This document shows, in pieces, positions 1 through 11,871 of a DNA stretch of 64,000 bases. Origin of the DNA: Andalucia godoyi And28 (lineage: Eukaryota; Protista; Jakobida); NCBI GenBank assembly GCA_009859145.1, contig VRVR01000007.1, positions 124,001 through 188,000 of the forward strand. Reading direction: 5' to 3'. A program made the translations under genes and the position numbers. The notes under the pieces were generated by a model. It searched no databases, was not told the origin of the DNA, and worked only from the letters and a program-made list of their open reading frames with translations. The number at the start of each line of letters is the position of its first letter. The stretch's first letter is position 1.

Positions 1-980
1 CACACAAATGCTTCAAATACGATGTTAAACGACAGGATGATGGAATACTGCTCAGTCGGCGTGAGACTCTCATACAGAATATTCACAACGAATCCAACGA
101 CACTTCGAAACAAAAAAGAAAGCGTGCAAAAATATGCAATCCCTCGAAGCTTTTTCTTGAGAGACTCCTTTGGTGCCGAGTCGAGCGACGGTTGGATTCC
201 GAAACAGCGATCCGTATCCTTCGTTAATTTGGAAATCTTGACTATGTACAAGTGGGCTCCAAGCAGCGCAATTGCCAGGAACAGCGAGAGAATGGGCATG
301 ATCACTGTCCACGGAAGATTGGGAACAAGGCCATTTGGAGAGTAATCGCAGAAGTAAAAGAGCACATTGAACACAACAATGAGAATCGGACACACAATCC
401 ACAGGGCTACCGAGCGAATTCGTGCAATTCCCTTCTGGTTCACAAGCGCCGATTCGATCCACAAGCAGGCAAACCCCGTGAATGACGCTAACAGTGAGAC
501 CGAAGACACAGACTGCAAGAACAAATGCAGTATTCGTGCTGGTTGATTCGCCGGATCAAAGAAAGAAATGCGATACACGACAAGATCGACCAATCGAAAC
601 CCCAGTGCGCTCAGCATTATGCATACATTCTGCAACCGCAGTCTGTGAAATCTGCGTCCCCGATATGAATTTGGCTTTTTTTCAGTCACATATTGCAAAA
701 TAATCCGTGCATTCAGCACCGAAACGCCTGCAAACACAACAAACGACGTCATCAGCAAAAACCACTCCAAAACCACATCTCCACTCACCATCGCTATCCT
801 GGTACGCTGGATCACCAAAAAACCAAAAAAAAAAAAAACAAACAGGCAGCATGCACTTGTGTGCGTATGGTAGCTTGCAAGTGGAGGGTTCAGGCACACA
901 TGCTCGCAAGTCGTAACTCGGAGCCTACCCGATAGCAAAATAACAGTACTATCCTCCAACCCAAACCTCTCTCCAAACAT
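1..980 (-). CDS. Multi-pass membrane protein (THH1/TOM1- or GPCR-like), 3' end beyond the window. Proposed exons 980-929, 806-789 and 727-<1
   Basis: The minus frame from 727 to the window start is stop-free and encodes several hydrophobic helices (SVSLLASFTGFACLWIE, VALWIVCPILIVVFNVLFY, WTVIMPILSLFLAIALLGAHLY, IAYFCTLSFLFRSVVGFVV). Intron 788-728 is GTGAGT...TTTGCAG and intron 928-807 is GTAGGC...GATCCAG; phases are consistent. Exon 1 and the family label are tentative. Confidence 0.7.
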   Translation of the reverse strand, partial: MFGERFGLEDSTVILLSGRLRVTTCEHVCLNPPLASYHTHTSACCLFVFFFFGFLVIQRTRIAMVSGDVVLEWFLLMTSFVVFAGVSVLNARIILQYVTEKKPNSYRGRRFHRLRLQNVCIMLSALGFRLVDLVVYRISFFDPANQPARILHLFLQSVSSVSLLASFTGFACLWIESALVNQKGIARIRSVALWIVCPILIVVFNVLFYFCDYSPNGLVPNLPWTVIMPILSLFLAIALLGAHLYIVKISKLTKDTDRCFGIQPSLDSAPKESLKKKLRGIAYFCTLSFLFRSVVGFVVNILYESLTPTEQYSIILSFNIVFEAFV

Positions 981-1871
981 TTGGCTCGCATACTGCGCCT
1001 CAAACAGATTTATTTGGCGTAAAGTGACTTTTACACTCCGCATCAGCGCCCATCCAATGAGTTCCCCTTTTGAGTGGGACATCCGTGGTGTCTGCGCACC
1101 CCAAAACAGAAACAACCTATGTTTTCGTTCAGAGCTCTCGAATGGATCAATTAGTGCATTCGTTAGAACCATTTGGACCCTCGGAACCAGGAGAAAATCA
1201 GGGATTTCGACGAGCTTCATTTATTGCCATTCCGCATTTTTAATCCACTTGTTCTCTCTCTCTCTCGATCTTTCATTCTCTGTTTTCAATCGAGCGGATA
1301 TTGCATTGATTGTTGATTGGCAATGGAGTGCGCCACAGAGAGAGAGGCTGCGGCGGAGGAAGCTACTGCCTAAAGAGCCAGAAAGAACCGTCGCGGAGGA
1401 ATCATCGATTACAAAGGAATGCGGCTGTCAATATTCGACAGTGTCTCTCATTGGGTCTCGACCTGCACACCTTCAGCCGTACTATCCGACGATATATCAC
1501 AGCCGTCCACCAGACGTTTGGGTTGCTGGGTTATTTTATATTATGCACTTGCGGACCGGTTTCCCCCCATTCTTTCATGCAACTTTATTCCCCACTGTAA
1601 CGGCGCTTCCGCCACTTGACGTGTCAATCGAAACTTTTCCCGTTCAGTTTTTTTTTTTACCTAGTCCATTCTTCTTCTGAAGTGCGTCTTTTGTGTGGAC
1701 TGTTCTCATTTTTCATTCTCATTTTCTGTTGTTATCAATTTAAACGTCAATCGCAACAACAACAACAACAACACCAACAACAAGAGGAAGAAGAATTATA
1801 ATTATAATCATTAGAGGGGAAAGGATCGAAAGAACAAGCCTGGCTATGACGAATAGCGAAGTATCGTGACG

Positions 1872-4800
1872 ATGACAGACGCGCGAAAAATTGGAATTTT
1901 GAAGAGAGTTTTCCAAGCTGAGTCTATATTCGGTATGGTATTTTTTCAAGAGTTTACTCCCATTATTGCTGTGGTTGCCACTGTCATCATCGTTTTAAAT
2001 GTTGTCTTATGATGATGATGATGATGACGACGATTTGTCCATTGCTTTGGTTTCTGTGTTGCTAATTCACTATGACCATTGTCTGTCGTGTTTTATATAT
2101 ATTTATTATCATTATGTTTGGGTTTGGAATTGGGACTTTAGTGGTGACTTGTGACTTTTCGGATGCAGACAAAGTTACGGTCCCGAGTTTAACATCGACT
2201 AGAAGCTTTCTGCGTCAGAATTATCCGGATGGTTGGCTGCTGTTTCATGTGGGTCCTTCGTCGAATCCTTCACATATCGACGACGATCCAAAGCTCAAGG
2301 GTCTCTACGACGACATTACGAATCAGAGAATCGACTATCCGACAGTCCCGTCGTTTGAAAACTTGCATCTTCTGTTGTACCTGTCTCGAATTCTCTCGTC
2401 CTTTCGCTCAACGTCGCCGCAGTCATGCGTGCTGATCCGATTTCACGATATTTATGCAGACTACTTGTCCTTCTTCCTGTCATGCTTTTTGTGCTATGAA
2501 GGCATCTATCCAAATGCAATTGACGCGCACCATGTCGTTGCGGACATGGGATGGGGACTTGCAAGCTCGCTCTCTCCTTCGCAGTGGAGATTCCTTAATT
2601 TGTTTTCGCTCTTGTTTTCTTCCTTATCGAATTCTCCGTCCTCTGTTGGATCTTCCATGGACGCAGTCCTCCTGGATCCAGATGACCTGGATGGAGAAGG
2701 CTCGTTCTGGGACACCGCACCGGTGTTGCTGAAAGAAATCAGAGTGAATTTACCCGCTGCTGAAATGAGTGGTCCTCGCTGCGACGAGCTCAAGTACGAG
2801 CTGCTGAAAATGAAAATCACAATACGCCACGGGAAAGAAGTGGTGTACGTTTCTAGGGAAGGGTTGGTGAGGTATGAGGATGCCACAGAGAACGAAGATG
2901 GAGAGCCAGGAATGCTCCCGCAGGTTGTGTACGCCGTCCACCGACCGTTGCTGGGGGACTTCACTGTGTGCGCGTACCCTGCCTCCGGAATGCACTTACT
3001 GACGGACACGGGGAGTACCTCGGGCAAGATTCCAGATGTTTTGACCAACGAAACGCCGCTGTGGAGAGTATCACACTCTACGCTGTTCATGGGGCGATAT
3101 CCTACACATAGCCTCAAACTTTCCAAGCGCATGCTTGATTTCGCGCACGAAATCGAAGATTTGCCGAGTTCATTTGGAATAACTCTTGTGTTTGAGCCCT
3201 TTTCTGTCCGAACCGCCGAGTCTCCCGACGACGGGGCCATCCCATTGCTGTTGAGAGACATGAGGGACATGGTGCGCCAAAGCCCGCCCTATCGAAAGCG
3301 CGCAGGGACAAGGATTCGAACGCATGACGCTAGGAACAAGAAGCCGCGAGATCCAAAGATGGTCAGTTTGCTGGAGGAAATTCGTACGCGGTTAGAAGGT
3401 ACCCACTTGCCGTCTGAAATTCGCAGAGATGTCCTTCGGCAGCACAGCGCCTCTGCGGACGATGCCAGCGTTCCTCGCTCTCCAGAGGCTCCCAGATCGC
3501 CACAGGAGGTTGATCAGCAACTGCGAACTGCCAAAAAGAAGAAAGTGGAACAACAAAGGGCCAAAGAAAGAGCCTTTGAGGCAAAAATTGAAATTCCACA
3601 GGAAAGTGTGGAAATGCAGGTCGTCTCTCCAGGGACCCCTGGAACATCAGCGGTCAATGCCATCCACAAGACGCTGGAATCGAAGAGGAGGAGGAGGCTG
3701 ACTGAGTTCTTTCGAAAGAAACTGGAAAAGGCAGACCACCCTCCGAGTACTCTCTTTCCTTCTGGTGGCATGCCGCCACCACCGCCACCGCCACCTCCGC
3801 CTGGCATGGGTTTCGGTGCTCCTCCTCCTCCTCCACCACCACCACCATCAGCGCCCTCACTTTCTCTCGGAATAGGCCATGGCCCTCCTCCGCCTCCCCC
3901 GCCTTTTGGAGCCTTTCCTCAACGATCAGTCGCAGAAACTGACAACGTGAAAGTCAAGAGCCTGCATTGGAACGTTCTGAATTCTGTCGGGGAAACTGTG
4001 TTTGAAGAAGACCGGGCACACCCGACCCCAAAAATTGATGTGTCCAAACTGCAAGAGCAGTTTGCGATGGACACGATGGTTGCAAAAGTGCCAATCAAGG
4101 AAACATATTTTGCAGATGCGGAGGCAATGTCGAAGCCCAAGGCAACCGCGGTCCTTTCTGGCAGACGGGCTCAGAATGTGGAGATCATCTTGTCACGTTT
4201 GAAAGTACCGACGAGTAAGCTGGTCGATAGAATTATGAATTTCGACGAAAAACTTCTGGCAACTCCAGACGTACTTGCAGCAGTTGGTGAGATTCTTCCA
4301 AACGAGCAGGAGGTTTCGCTGTTTGCGGCGTTGTCTCCGGAAGAATCGTTGAACTTTGCGACCGTTGCAGATCGAACGTTGTTTGAGCTGCACACTCAGG
4401 CCCCGCGCCTTGTTGTGCGGACGCGTATTCTCATGTTCATGAGTCAGTTTCCTTCTGCTCTTGAAGACCTCTTTTCGCGCATGTCTAAATTCTTCGATGC
4501 CTGCGAGGCCTTGTGCACTTCAAAGCGCTTTTCCGCGGTGCTTTCGTATGTTCTCGCCATTGGGAACGTCATGAACCAGGGGAAAGCTGGCAAAGGGTCT
4601 GCGAAGGGGTTCCGCCTGTCTTCGTTGCTGTTGCTCAAAGACCTCAAGTCTGCGGATCAGTCCACAAACGTTTTGCAGTTCCTCATTCAAACAGTTGAAG
4701 ACAAGAACCCCGACGCATCCCACTTTGCAGACGATTTTATCTGTTTGGATCTGATTCGATCCGAAACGACGGACGCGATTCGCAAGGATGTGAGTGACTT

Positions 4801-5140
4801 CAGCCGGCAGTTGCAAGATGTTGTCAAGGCATGGAATGTGGAACGGCAGTTTGTTTCAGATCGTGTGCTTCCAGACGAGACCATCGACGAGCCGAGTGTT
4901 CCAAGTTCTGTGGGGTCTCCTCGAGATGTTCCGACTCGGTTTGTCTCCAGGTCCTTGGAACGGATGCTTGAAATCCAGGAAGAAATGGCAGAACTTGACC
5001 GGGTTATTGAAGTCTCCGTGCAGTTTTTCGGAGAGAATCCAAAAACCACAAAAATTGAGGAACTAATCGGAATTGTCAAACAGTTCTCCGAAGAGTATGC
5101 AAGAGGACGGAAATCGTTGGTTTCTCCCAAGAGGCTCTGA
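1872..5140 (+). CDS. Formin with N-terminal PTEN-like/C2 region, FH1 and FH2. Exon 1872-1932, intron 1933-2168, exon 2169-5140
   Basis: Polyproline FH1 tracts; FH2 motifs (VKSLHWN, RAQNVEI, VLAIGNVMN, AKGFRLSSL). The ORF-track start lies inside an apparent intron (GTATGG...GATGCAG, phase 1), and splicing gives MTDARKIGILKRVFQAESIFDKVTV. Confidence 0.93.
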
Positions 5141-5253
5141 ACACGCCCGACTTTTGGAGTTAGCCCGGCATGCAAAGGATGTGCCCAACAAATTGTTTGT
5201 TTCGTTGCTGGTTTTCGTTTTTGTTTTTGTACAAACGGTGGAATGTAAAACTC

Positions 5254-7209
5254 CTATACAACTTCAGACACATGGGTTCTTGGATGCGTGTGGTGCCTCT
5301 TCTGGACGTACTTCATCAGCAGCACAAGGGCAGCAGGAGTCACTCCATCAATTCGCGAAGCGGCGCCAAGCGTTCGAGGCCGGACACGTGACAGTTTCTC
5401 ACGCTCTTCTGAACTCAGCAATTCCAAAGTGCGGTAATCCAAGTCGAGCGGCAGCTCCAGCGCGTCATTCTTGGAAAGTTGTGAGACCTCCCGCTTCTGA
5501 CGATCGATGTACGGTGCATAGCGGGATTCGATGCTGAGGACATCTCGAATCGATGGATGAATCCGATGTTGCAGCTCCGGAAACAACACAAAGATCTTGT
5601 CTAGCAAGCTCTCCTCGAACATGCAAGAGTACTGAGAAACGATATCATATGCAGACCGTCGCGTACCGTCGAGAGCAACTTGCACTCCTCGAATTCTCCA
5701 CTCAGATGGCGTAAGCTCAATGGACTTGAGCACATTCTTGGCGCACTCCACGTTTGCCAGGCGGGTTTGAACCGCTTCGTGGAGTGCTTTTGGAATGAGG
5801 CCAAGCTTGTTTGCCTTGGGGGTGAGACGGAAGTCTGCGTTGTCCGCACGAAGTTGCAAGCGATACTCCGCTCTTGCAGTAAAGACCCTGTACGGTTCCG
5901 AAGCTCCGTTTGTGGTCAAGTCATCGACCAAAACGCCAATGTAAGAATCTGCGCGCGACATGATCCAAGACTGGCCCTCCAAAGAGAGGGCAGCATTCAT
6001 CCCCGCATACAGCCCTTGGGCTCCCGCTTCTTCATATCCAGTCGTTCCGTTAATCTGACCTGCAAAATACAAGCCGCTGACGCGTTTCGTCTCCAAAGTC
6101 TGTTTCAGTTCCCGCGGATCCACGTAGTCGTACTCGACTGCATATCCTGGATACTGCATCTCCACATTCTCCAGGCCCGGAATAGACCGAACCATCTCGA
6201 GCTGAACGCCCTTGGGCATTGCGCATGATATCCCGTTCGGGTAAACAGTGTCCGTGGTCAAGCCCTCTGGCTCCAACCACACCGTATGCTCTCTGCCGGG
6301 AAACCGAGAAACCTTGGCCTCGATGGATGGGCAGTACCTTGGAGCCACTCCCTCCCCTCCGTTTCCTTCATACGTTGGTTTTTCCGTCCAATTGTCCCTG
6401 ATGATCTTTTCTGTTTCTGCCGTTGTTCTTGAGGAATAGCAGGTCACAAAGCGGTTTGGATGCTCTTCAAAATGCGATGCATACGAAAAATAAGATGGGG
6501 GATTCTCTGAAAGTTGCGGCTCCATCCGATCCCATTGAATAGAAGGCCCGTACAACCTGGGGGGCGTTCCGGTTTTCAGCCGGCCCAGAGCAAAGCCAAT
6601 ACGGTGCAGTGTTTTCGACAGCCCGATCGACGGAGCGTCCCCTCTTCTCCCTGCATCCCATGATTTGCTTCCAATATGGCACTTCCCTCTCAGAAACGTA
6701 CCCGTCGTCAATATCACTCTATCTGCCGGAATCACGTCTCCGTCCGCCATCACAACGGACCGGACTGCGAACAGCGCATGCTCGTTTGCGTGCATTGGCT
6801 GGCAGCATTCCACGATTAGATCCTCCACAGAGCCTTCTTTAACAGTGAGGTTCTCCTGTTCAGCAAGCACTCTTTGCATGTTTTTCCTGTACAGCTCTCG
6901 GTCCATCTGCGCACGAGGGCCCCACACAGCTGGACCTTTCGAGCGGTTCAGAACTCGAAAATGAATTCCAGAAACATCTGCAACTCGCCCCATGAGTCCT
7001 CCCAAAGCATCAATTTCCTTCACAAGAGTACCTTTACCAACACCACCAATGGACGGATTGCAGCTCATCACTCCAATCGAAGCTCGAGAATGAGTAACCA
7101 ACAGCGTCTTCATCCCGACCCGTGCCGCCGCAGAGGCGGCTTCACACCCAGCATGTCCTCCACCAATTACGACTACGTGATACGCACGTTTGCATAGCCG
7201 CGACAACAT
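5254..7209 (-). CDS. MTO1: Mitochondrial tRNA U34 modification enzyme MnmG/GidA (MTO1)
   Basis: [59 protein letters not shown] motifs; short Arg/Leu-rich N-terminal presequence. Confidence 0.97.
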   Translation of the reverse strand: MLSRLCKRAYHVVVIGGGHAGCEAASAAARVGMKTLLVTHSRASIGVMSCNPSIGGVGKGTLVKEIDALGGLMGRVADVSGIHFRVLNRSKGPAVWGPRAQMDRELYRKNMQRVLAEQENLTVKEGSVEDLIVECCQPMHANEHALFAVRSVVMADGDVIPADRVILTTGTFLRGKCHIGSKSWDAGRRGDAPSIGLSKTLHRIGFALGRLKTGTPPRLYGPSIQWDRMEPQLSENPPSYFSYASHFEEHPNRFVTCYSSRTTAETEKIIRDNWTEKPTYEGNGGEGVAPRYCPSIEAKVSRFPGREHTVWLEPEGLTTDTVYPNGISCAMPKGVQLEMVRSIPGLENVEMQYPGYAVEYDYVDPRELKQTLETKRVSGLYFAGQINGTTGYEEAGAQGLYAGMNAALSLEGQSWIMSRADSYIGVLVDDLTTNGASEPYRVFTARAEYRLQLRADNADFRLTPKANKLGLIPKALHEAVQTRLANVECAKNVLKSIELTPSEWRIRGVQVALDGTRRSAYDIVSQYSCMFEESLLDKIFVLFPELQHRIHPSIRDVLSIESRYAPYIDRQKREVSQLSKNDALELPLDLDYRTLELLSSEEREKLSRVRPRTLGAASRIDGVTPAALVLLMKYVQKRHHTHPRTHVSEVV

Positions 7210-7882
7210 ATTGCTCCTTGCCCCTCAAAAACGTTCCTACCCCGCTCGTCACGAACGTGTCCCAATGCTACCTTTGCACGCGCTTTCCTGTTCTCGCAAA
7301 GTCGCTCCCTCAAAATCCCCAATTGCCCAATTTCGCTCCCCCTCCGTCGGCCAAATTCGGGCTTTTTCTGCCGAATCGGGAAGAAGCAATGTTGACGCTT
7401 GTCGAGTCAGTATCGGTCAACGGACTCAGCTCAGTTCCTTTTTAATGACGAAGCTCTCTTCCTTTTTGCAGTTCGTCGTTCTTTGCATCCTGTCAAATAA
7501 AAAGGAATTTGTGTGATTTTCTCGTCCATAAGCTGTACAATAAGCTCTGCGTACGGTAGTACTAGACGTGTCGAACAGCGAAGAACTTTGGATTCTTCTT
7601 CTTTCTTCTTGATTTTCCTAAATATTATTATTATTATTATTGGTATTGTTATTGTTGTTGTTGTTGTTGTGTATTGGGTTTCTGCGTATTGTTTTTGAAT
7701 AGGTTGATACATTATATGCACTGATCTCCTGTTTTTATTAATTAAGAAAGAAGGTGCTGTGTGGTTTTTGGTTTGATTGCAACACTCTTTATCCCCCTCG
7801 CTGTACTAATCTGGTTTGCTTAGTTGATTGACGCGTTGCGGCTTGGTGTTTTTTTTTTTTTTTTTTTTTGAGGGGAGGATAC

Positions 7883-10800
7883 ATGTCGCACTTGGAGTTG
7901 GAGTGGTTGCATTGGAAAGCAGAGCAGAAGAATCCAGAGTCAAAGTCAAGCGTTCAGGGAAAATCGATTTTGGATCTGAATGCTGCGCGATATGTGAGTC
8001 CGACGTCTGTTCATCGACCTGCAAATCCAACTCCGGAATTGTATTTTCATGATTACAGACCTGTGAGTGCCTCCGTTCGAACTACCGAGGTTGTGAAGCA
8101 TCATAAGGAAGCGATGCAACGGCTTGTGTCTGCCAATTCACCAATGTCTGCTCAACCGCGACCGGATCAGCTAGTTGCTTCTGCAGAGGAATGGAAAAAG
8201 AAGCTGCAATCCCGCATGGGAAATGCAAGGAAGAATGCAAACGATGAGGATTTAAACAGCGGATTTTCGACTCCGGCGTCTGCGAGAGGAACACCGTCCG
8301 ATACAGCAATAAGGGATGTGAACTTTACAGATCGAAAGTTCAAGAACCTGATTTCAGAGTCCAGAACACCGGGCAGAAGGTACACGTACAAGAAGAAAGT
8401 GGTGGATGGATTCTTTCAAGAAAAGGTTTTTGAAGATGGGTCGATGACCATTGACGAATTGTCTCCCGCAAGCAAACGCGAAACGGCGAGCGCCAGACCT
8501 TTATTGCAACGGAGACCTTCGTCATCAAAAGTGGGAAAGGGCGGCGCCAAGGTTGTTGATGAGGAGTGCCAAAAGCCTCCCGTGCCGTCGTATGTTAATG
8601 GCTTTCGAGGTGCTCCCTGGGAATCGGGCGTGCGTGTCGATCCACAACCCTCGGACCTGCAGGCCCCTGCTTCCGCTATCCAGGCGGCGACAGAGAGACT
8701 TCCGCGGAGGTCAATCGATGCGGAAACAGATCGGAAGGACGTCTCTCCACAGCCCCGGACACGATCAAAGTCGGTTGTTGACAGAAAGGCTTTAAGAAGT
8801 CTTGCCGATGACACTGTTCCTCCTCTTTCATCGTCGTCGTCGTCCTCTTCTTCTTCTTCTTCTTCGTCGTCGTCGCCGCCGCCTCACGTGCGTTTTGTGT
8901 CTTCACAGCAGACTCAGGCTGTGCCGAAACAAGTATCGCCTTTAAGAGAGTCAAGCGTGCAGACCGATCTTCTTTCACCCCGCCGAGACTCTGTCGATAC
9001 CTTGTCGAAATCACCGGGGAGTGTAGTGCCATCCGCGGCACCTCTGTCGTCTCCAAGTCCTCGCTCTCGATCTCCTAGCTTGCATTCGACATCCTTTGCG
9101 GGTACTGGACGATCTGCTTCCTCGTCATCTCCGCGAAACTCGATGACATTTGCTGTCGAGGCCGACCAATCTATGGCAGCAGCTCCTCCAAGTGGGGAAA
9201 GCATCTTTCCTGGGTCGCCAGCATCACGAAATCCTCCGGTTTTTGTGGAGCCCGAACGACCCTCAAAGCCCGCGTCGCCGCATCAACAGGCATCCGTTTC
9301 AGATGCGCTACATTCTCGGACGACTGGTGTTGCTCCACCAATGACGGGGCCTGCACCAAAGGCTTCTGATTCTGCGGCTCCGACATCCCAAACCTCCCCC
9401 ACTCCTCTTCAATCAGCAGAGCCTTCGCCCATTACACGAAGAGCATCCACTGATTCTGTGTCCTTTCTTCACTCTCCAGCTGGAAATGCTTCGTTTCCGA
9501 CCGCTTCACCACGCAGCGTTGGTGGCGGCATCCGGCGGCAGCGGATGGGTGCTGGCGCTTCTACCGGCACTTCATTGCCCCACAACGAACAGCATTCTCA
9601 GTCTGCAGTTCAGTACTTTGGGGACGACGACGATGATGATGACGACGACGACAGTGAAGGACACATGTTTTCGAATCCCTTGCAAATATCTAATAGTCCC
9701 AGGTGCCGACCGGCAGACGAAGAAACAGAAGAGGACTTTTTCGAGATTGAAGAATTGTCGGATGATGATGAGCCAGAAGTGCCGTCTCCAGGGCCTTCAG
9801 CCGTCCAGGGACCTGGGCGACGTACAACTGATTTGCATGGGAACACTTTGCCGATTTCTTCCCGCGATGTTTCCTATCGTCGGGAATCCGAGCAGCAGGT
9901 CTCGCCACGGCAGATGGCACAGCAACAAGCTGTCCCCATTGCCAAGGCCTCGGACCCGGTCCCGGTCCCGGTCCCGCTTCCAGGAAGCTCGCCTTCCAAA
10001 CTGCCGGTTGAGCTGCTCAATTTGTTTGATCGTGCACGAAAACAGCAAGAGCTGTCTCGGACACAACTCCAGAAGCAACCGGATCAGCATCCGCATGTCA
10101 CGTTCACGTCTTCGCCACCGCCTCAAAGAGGCTCTTCGCACGATCGGCGGCCTTCAGCCAGCTCACCCGTCACGCAACCTCCTGATTCCCCCGTGCAAAG
10201 GACGCGATCACCCGGACTGCAGTCTGTTTCTTTTGCGCCTGCTCCTTCCTCTTCCACGTTTGGCTCCTCGTCAAACTTGAATTCTCCCGCTCCTCCTCAG
10301 ACTGTTTCTGCGCGCTCAACTCCCGGCGAGGTCATCTCTCTTTCGCCAGAACCAACACCAGGATCGACCAGCAGCGAATCCCGCGTGGATCCAGCGAACA
10401 GTCCGAAGGTGTACATTCCAACGGTGTTTCGTCAGCTCGTTCACCAGTCTCCCTTATTCAATCGACAGGCTGCTGCAAACAGCGAACAGCCCAACAGTGT
10501 GGATGCGCCTGTTTTGCGCCGCAGTCCGTCTCCTCCTCGGCGAGAAGCCCCTGCCCTGCCCCAGGAAGTTCCGGGGCCTCTTCCTCCGGCTGCATATGCA
10601 GCGAACTTGTCCCAGAACTCCCACATCTCATTGGAACTGTCTTCATCTTCTTCAGTTGCAGCCGCAGCAGCAGATACCGGTCTGTCCTCTGCTTTTCGAG
10701 TACCACAGAGAGAGCCGATGATTAGTTCTCCCGTGATGATTGCTGCTCGGAAAATTTTGGCTGCGGAACGAGCATATATTCAAACAGAGCGCTCTTCTCT

Positions 10801-11110
10801 TCCAGCCATGTTCACGGATGATTCATTTGCGTCGTACCCCGCTGCAGTCATGCAAGAAAACAGCGCCTCACTACCATTGATCCCGATTACGCGGTCGGTC
10901 TCATATGTGGATCCCAAGAGTGCGTTGGATGTTCTGGCAGCAGGCTCCAGGGGTCGACGACTCGATTCTGCGTCGTTTTGGGACGAACCAGCGGACATGA
11001 CAAGCTCGGCGACTCTGCGCATGGACATTCGCGAAGAAGAACGAGCTCGCCAGCTGTTTGTCAGGCGCGTTCTCGATCACTCGCTTCATCCGGATGCCTG
11101 GCTTCCTTGA
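7883..11110 (+). CDS. Large Ser/Pro-rich low-complexity hypothetical protein (about 1075 aa)
   Basis: 3.2-kb stop-free ORF; first ATG at 7883; no recognisable domain. Confidence 0.8.
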   Translation: MSHLELEWLHWKAEQKNPESKSSVQGKSILDLNAARYVSPTSVHRPANPTPELYFHDYRPVSASVRTTEVVKHHKEAMQRLVSANSPMSAQPRPDQLVASAEEWKKKLQSRMGNARKNANDEDLNSGFSTPASARGTPSDTAIRDVNFTDRKFKNLISESRTPGRRYTYKKKVVDGFFQEKVFEDGSMTIDELSPASKRETASARPLLQRRPSSSKVGKGGAKVVDEECQKPPVPSYVNGFRGAPWESGVRVDPQPSDLQAPASAIQAATERLPRRSIDAETDRKDVSPQPRTRSKSVVDRKALRSLADDTVPPLSSSSSSSSSSSSSSSSPPPHVRFVSSQQTQAVPKQVSPLRESSVQTDLLSPRRDSVDTLSKSPGSVVPSAAPLSSPSPRSRSPSLHSTSFAGTGRSASSSSPRNSMTFAVEADQSMAAAPPSGESIFPGSPASRNPPVFVEPERPSKPASPHQQASVSDALHSRTTGVAPPMTGPAPKASDSAAPTSQTSPTPLQSAEPSPITRRASTDSVSFLHSPAGNASFPTASPRSVGGGIRRQRMGAGASTGTSLPHNEQHSQSAVQYFGDDDDDDDDDDSEGHMFSNPLQISNSPRCRPADEETEEDFFEIEELSDDDEPEVPSPGPSAVQGPGRRTTDLHGNTLPISSRDVSYRRESEQQVSPRQMAQQQAVPIAKASDPVPVPVPLPGSSPSKLPVELLNLFDRARKQQELSRTQLQKQPDQHPHVTFTSSPPPQRGSSHDRRPSASSPVTQPPDSPVQRTRSPGLQSVSFAPAPSSSTFGSSSNLNSPAPPQTVSARSTPGEVISLSPEPTPGSTSSESRVDPANSPKVYIPTVFRQLVHQSPLFNRQAAANSEQPNSVDAPVLRRSPSPPRREAPALPQEVPGPLPPAAYAANLSQNSHISLELSSSSSVAAAAADTGLSSAFRVPQREPMISSPVMIAARKILAAERAYIQTERSSLPAMFTDDSFASYPAAVMQENSASLPLIPITRSVSYVDPKSALDVLAAGSRGRRLDSASFWDEPADMTSSATLRMDIREEERARQLFVRRVLDHSLHPDAWLP

Positions 11111-11259
11111 GCGCTTCGCCCCCCTTTGGTCGGGTCTCTTGGAGAAAGGAAAAGAAGATGACGCGGTGGTGATGCGGCTCGGATCTTGCAAGCGGTGTTT
11201 GTTTTCGCCAACGTTTTCATTTTAAAATCCTTTCGTTGTTGTTTTTTTTAAAATTAATA

Positions 11260-11871
11260 TTATGACTTGATCTTCTTTTCTCGCTCCATTACTGCTTGAT
11301 CAAACTTGATAAGGTACAGGGTTCTATCGTCTGCCGAGTGTGCTGAGACTTTGCAGTGGAACCCAGCCGAGCAGAGTGCTCCCTTCACAATACCGGCGAC
11401 AAACGCTCCACAATTCAACGACGAAAGATCCTTTGGGATCGAGATAAACCTGTTTACCAATGGAACCTTGTCCACGATGTAGTACTCATCTTCTTCCTCG
11501 GCAGACCTCTCGATTCCATCCGCAGCCTTTCCAAACATGCATTTCCACATGTTGGAATGAACATATTGTAAGGCCTGCACCAGCTTCAGGTCTCGCTTTC
11601 CACTTCGCTCTCGGAAAACGCACAGTTCATAAAAGCGAACTCCAATGGGTTCTCCGATTGCAGATAGCCGCAATTCAAGATCTACCATCGACGATGATTT
11701 CGAATATGAGTTTCGAACGATTTCGGCAAACAGGTGTGCAAACAGCGATAGGGAAACATCTGATTTGCCTCGAGGAACTGGTCTGTCTACCAATGCTGCC
11801 CGGCTCGAAAGTTGGGTTCCGGAGACGGTTGACCCGGACCGCAATCCTGAACCAACTGTGATGGATGACAT
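11260..11871 (-). CDS. TRAPPC5: TRAPP complex subunit 5 (Trs31)
   Basis: VSLSLFAHLFAEIV, W-kc-MFGKAADGIE, VNRFISIPK..LNCGAFVAGIV motifs. Likely start is ATG 11871; the upstream ORF extension runs through an AT-rich repeat. Confidence 0.95.
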   Translation of the reverse strand: MSSITVGSGLRSGSTVSGTQLSSRAALVDRPVPRGKSDVSLSLFAHLFAEIVRNSYSKSSSMVDLELRLSAIGEPIGVRFYELCVFRERSGKRDLKLVQALQYVHSNMWKCMFGKAADGIERSAEEEDEYYIVDKVPLVNRFISIPKDLSSLNCGAFVAGIVKGALCSAGFHCKVSAHSADDRTLYLIKFDQAVMEREKKIKS

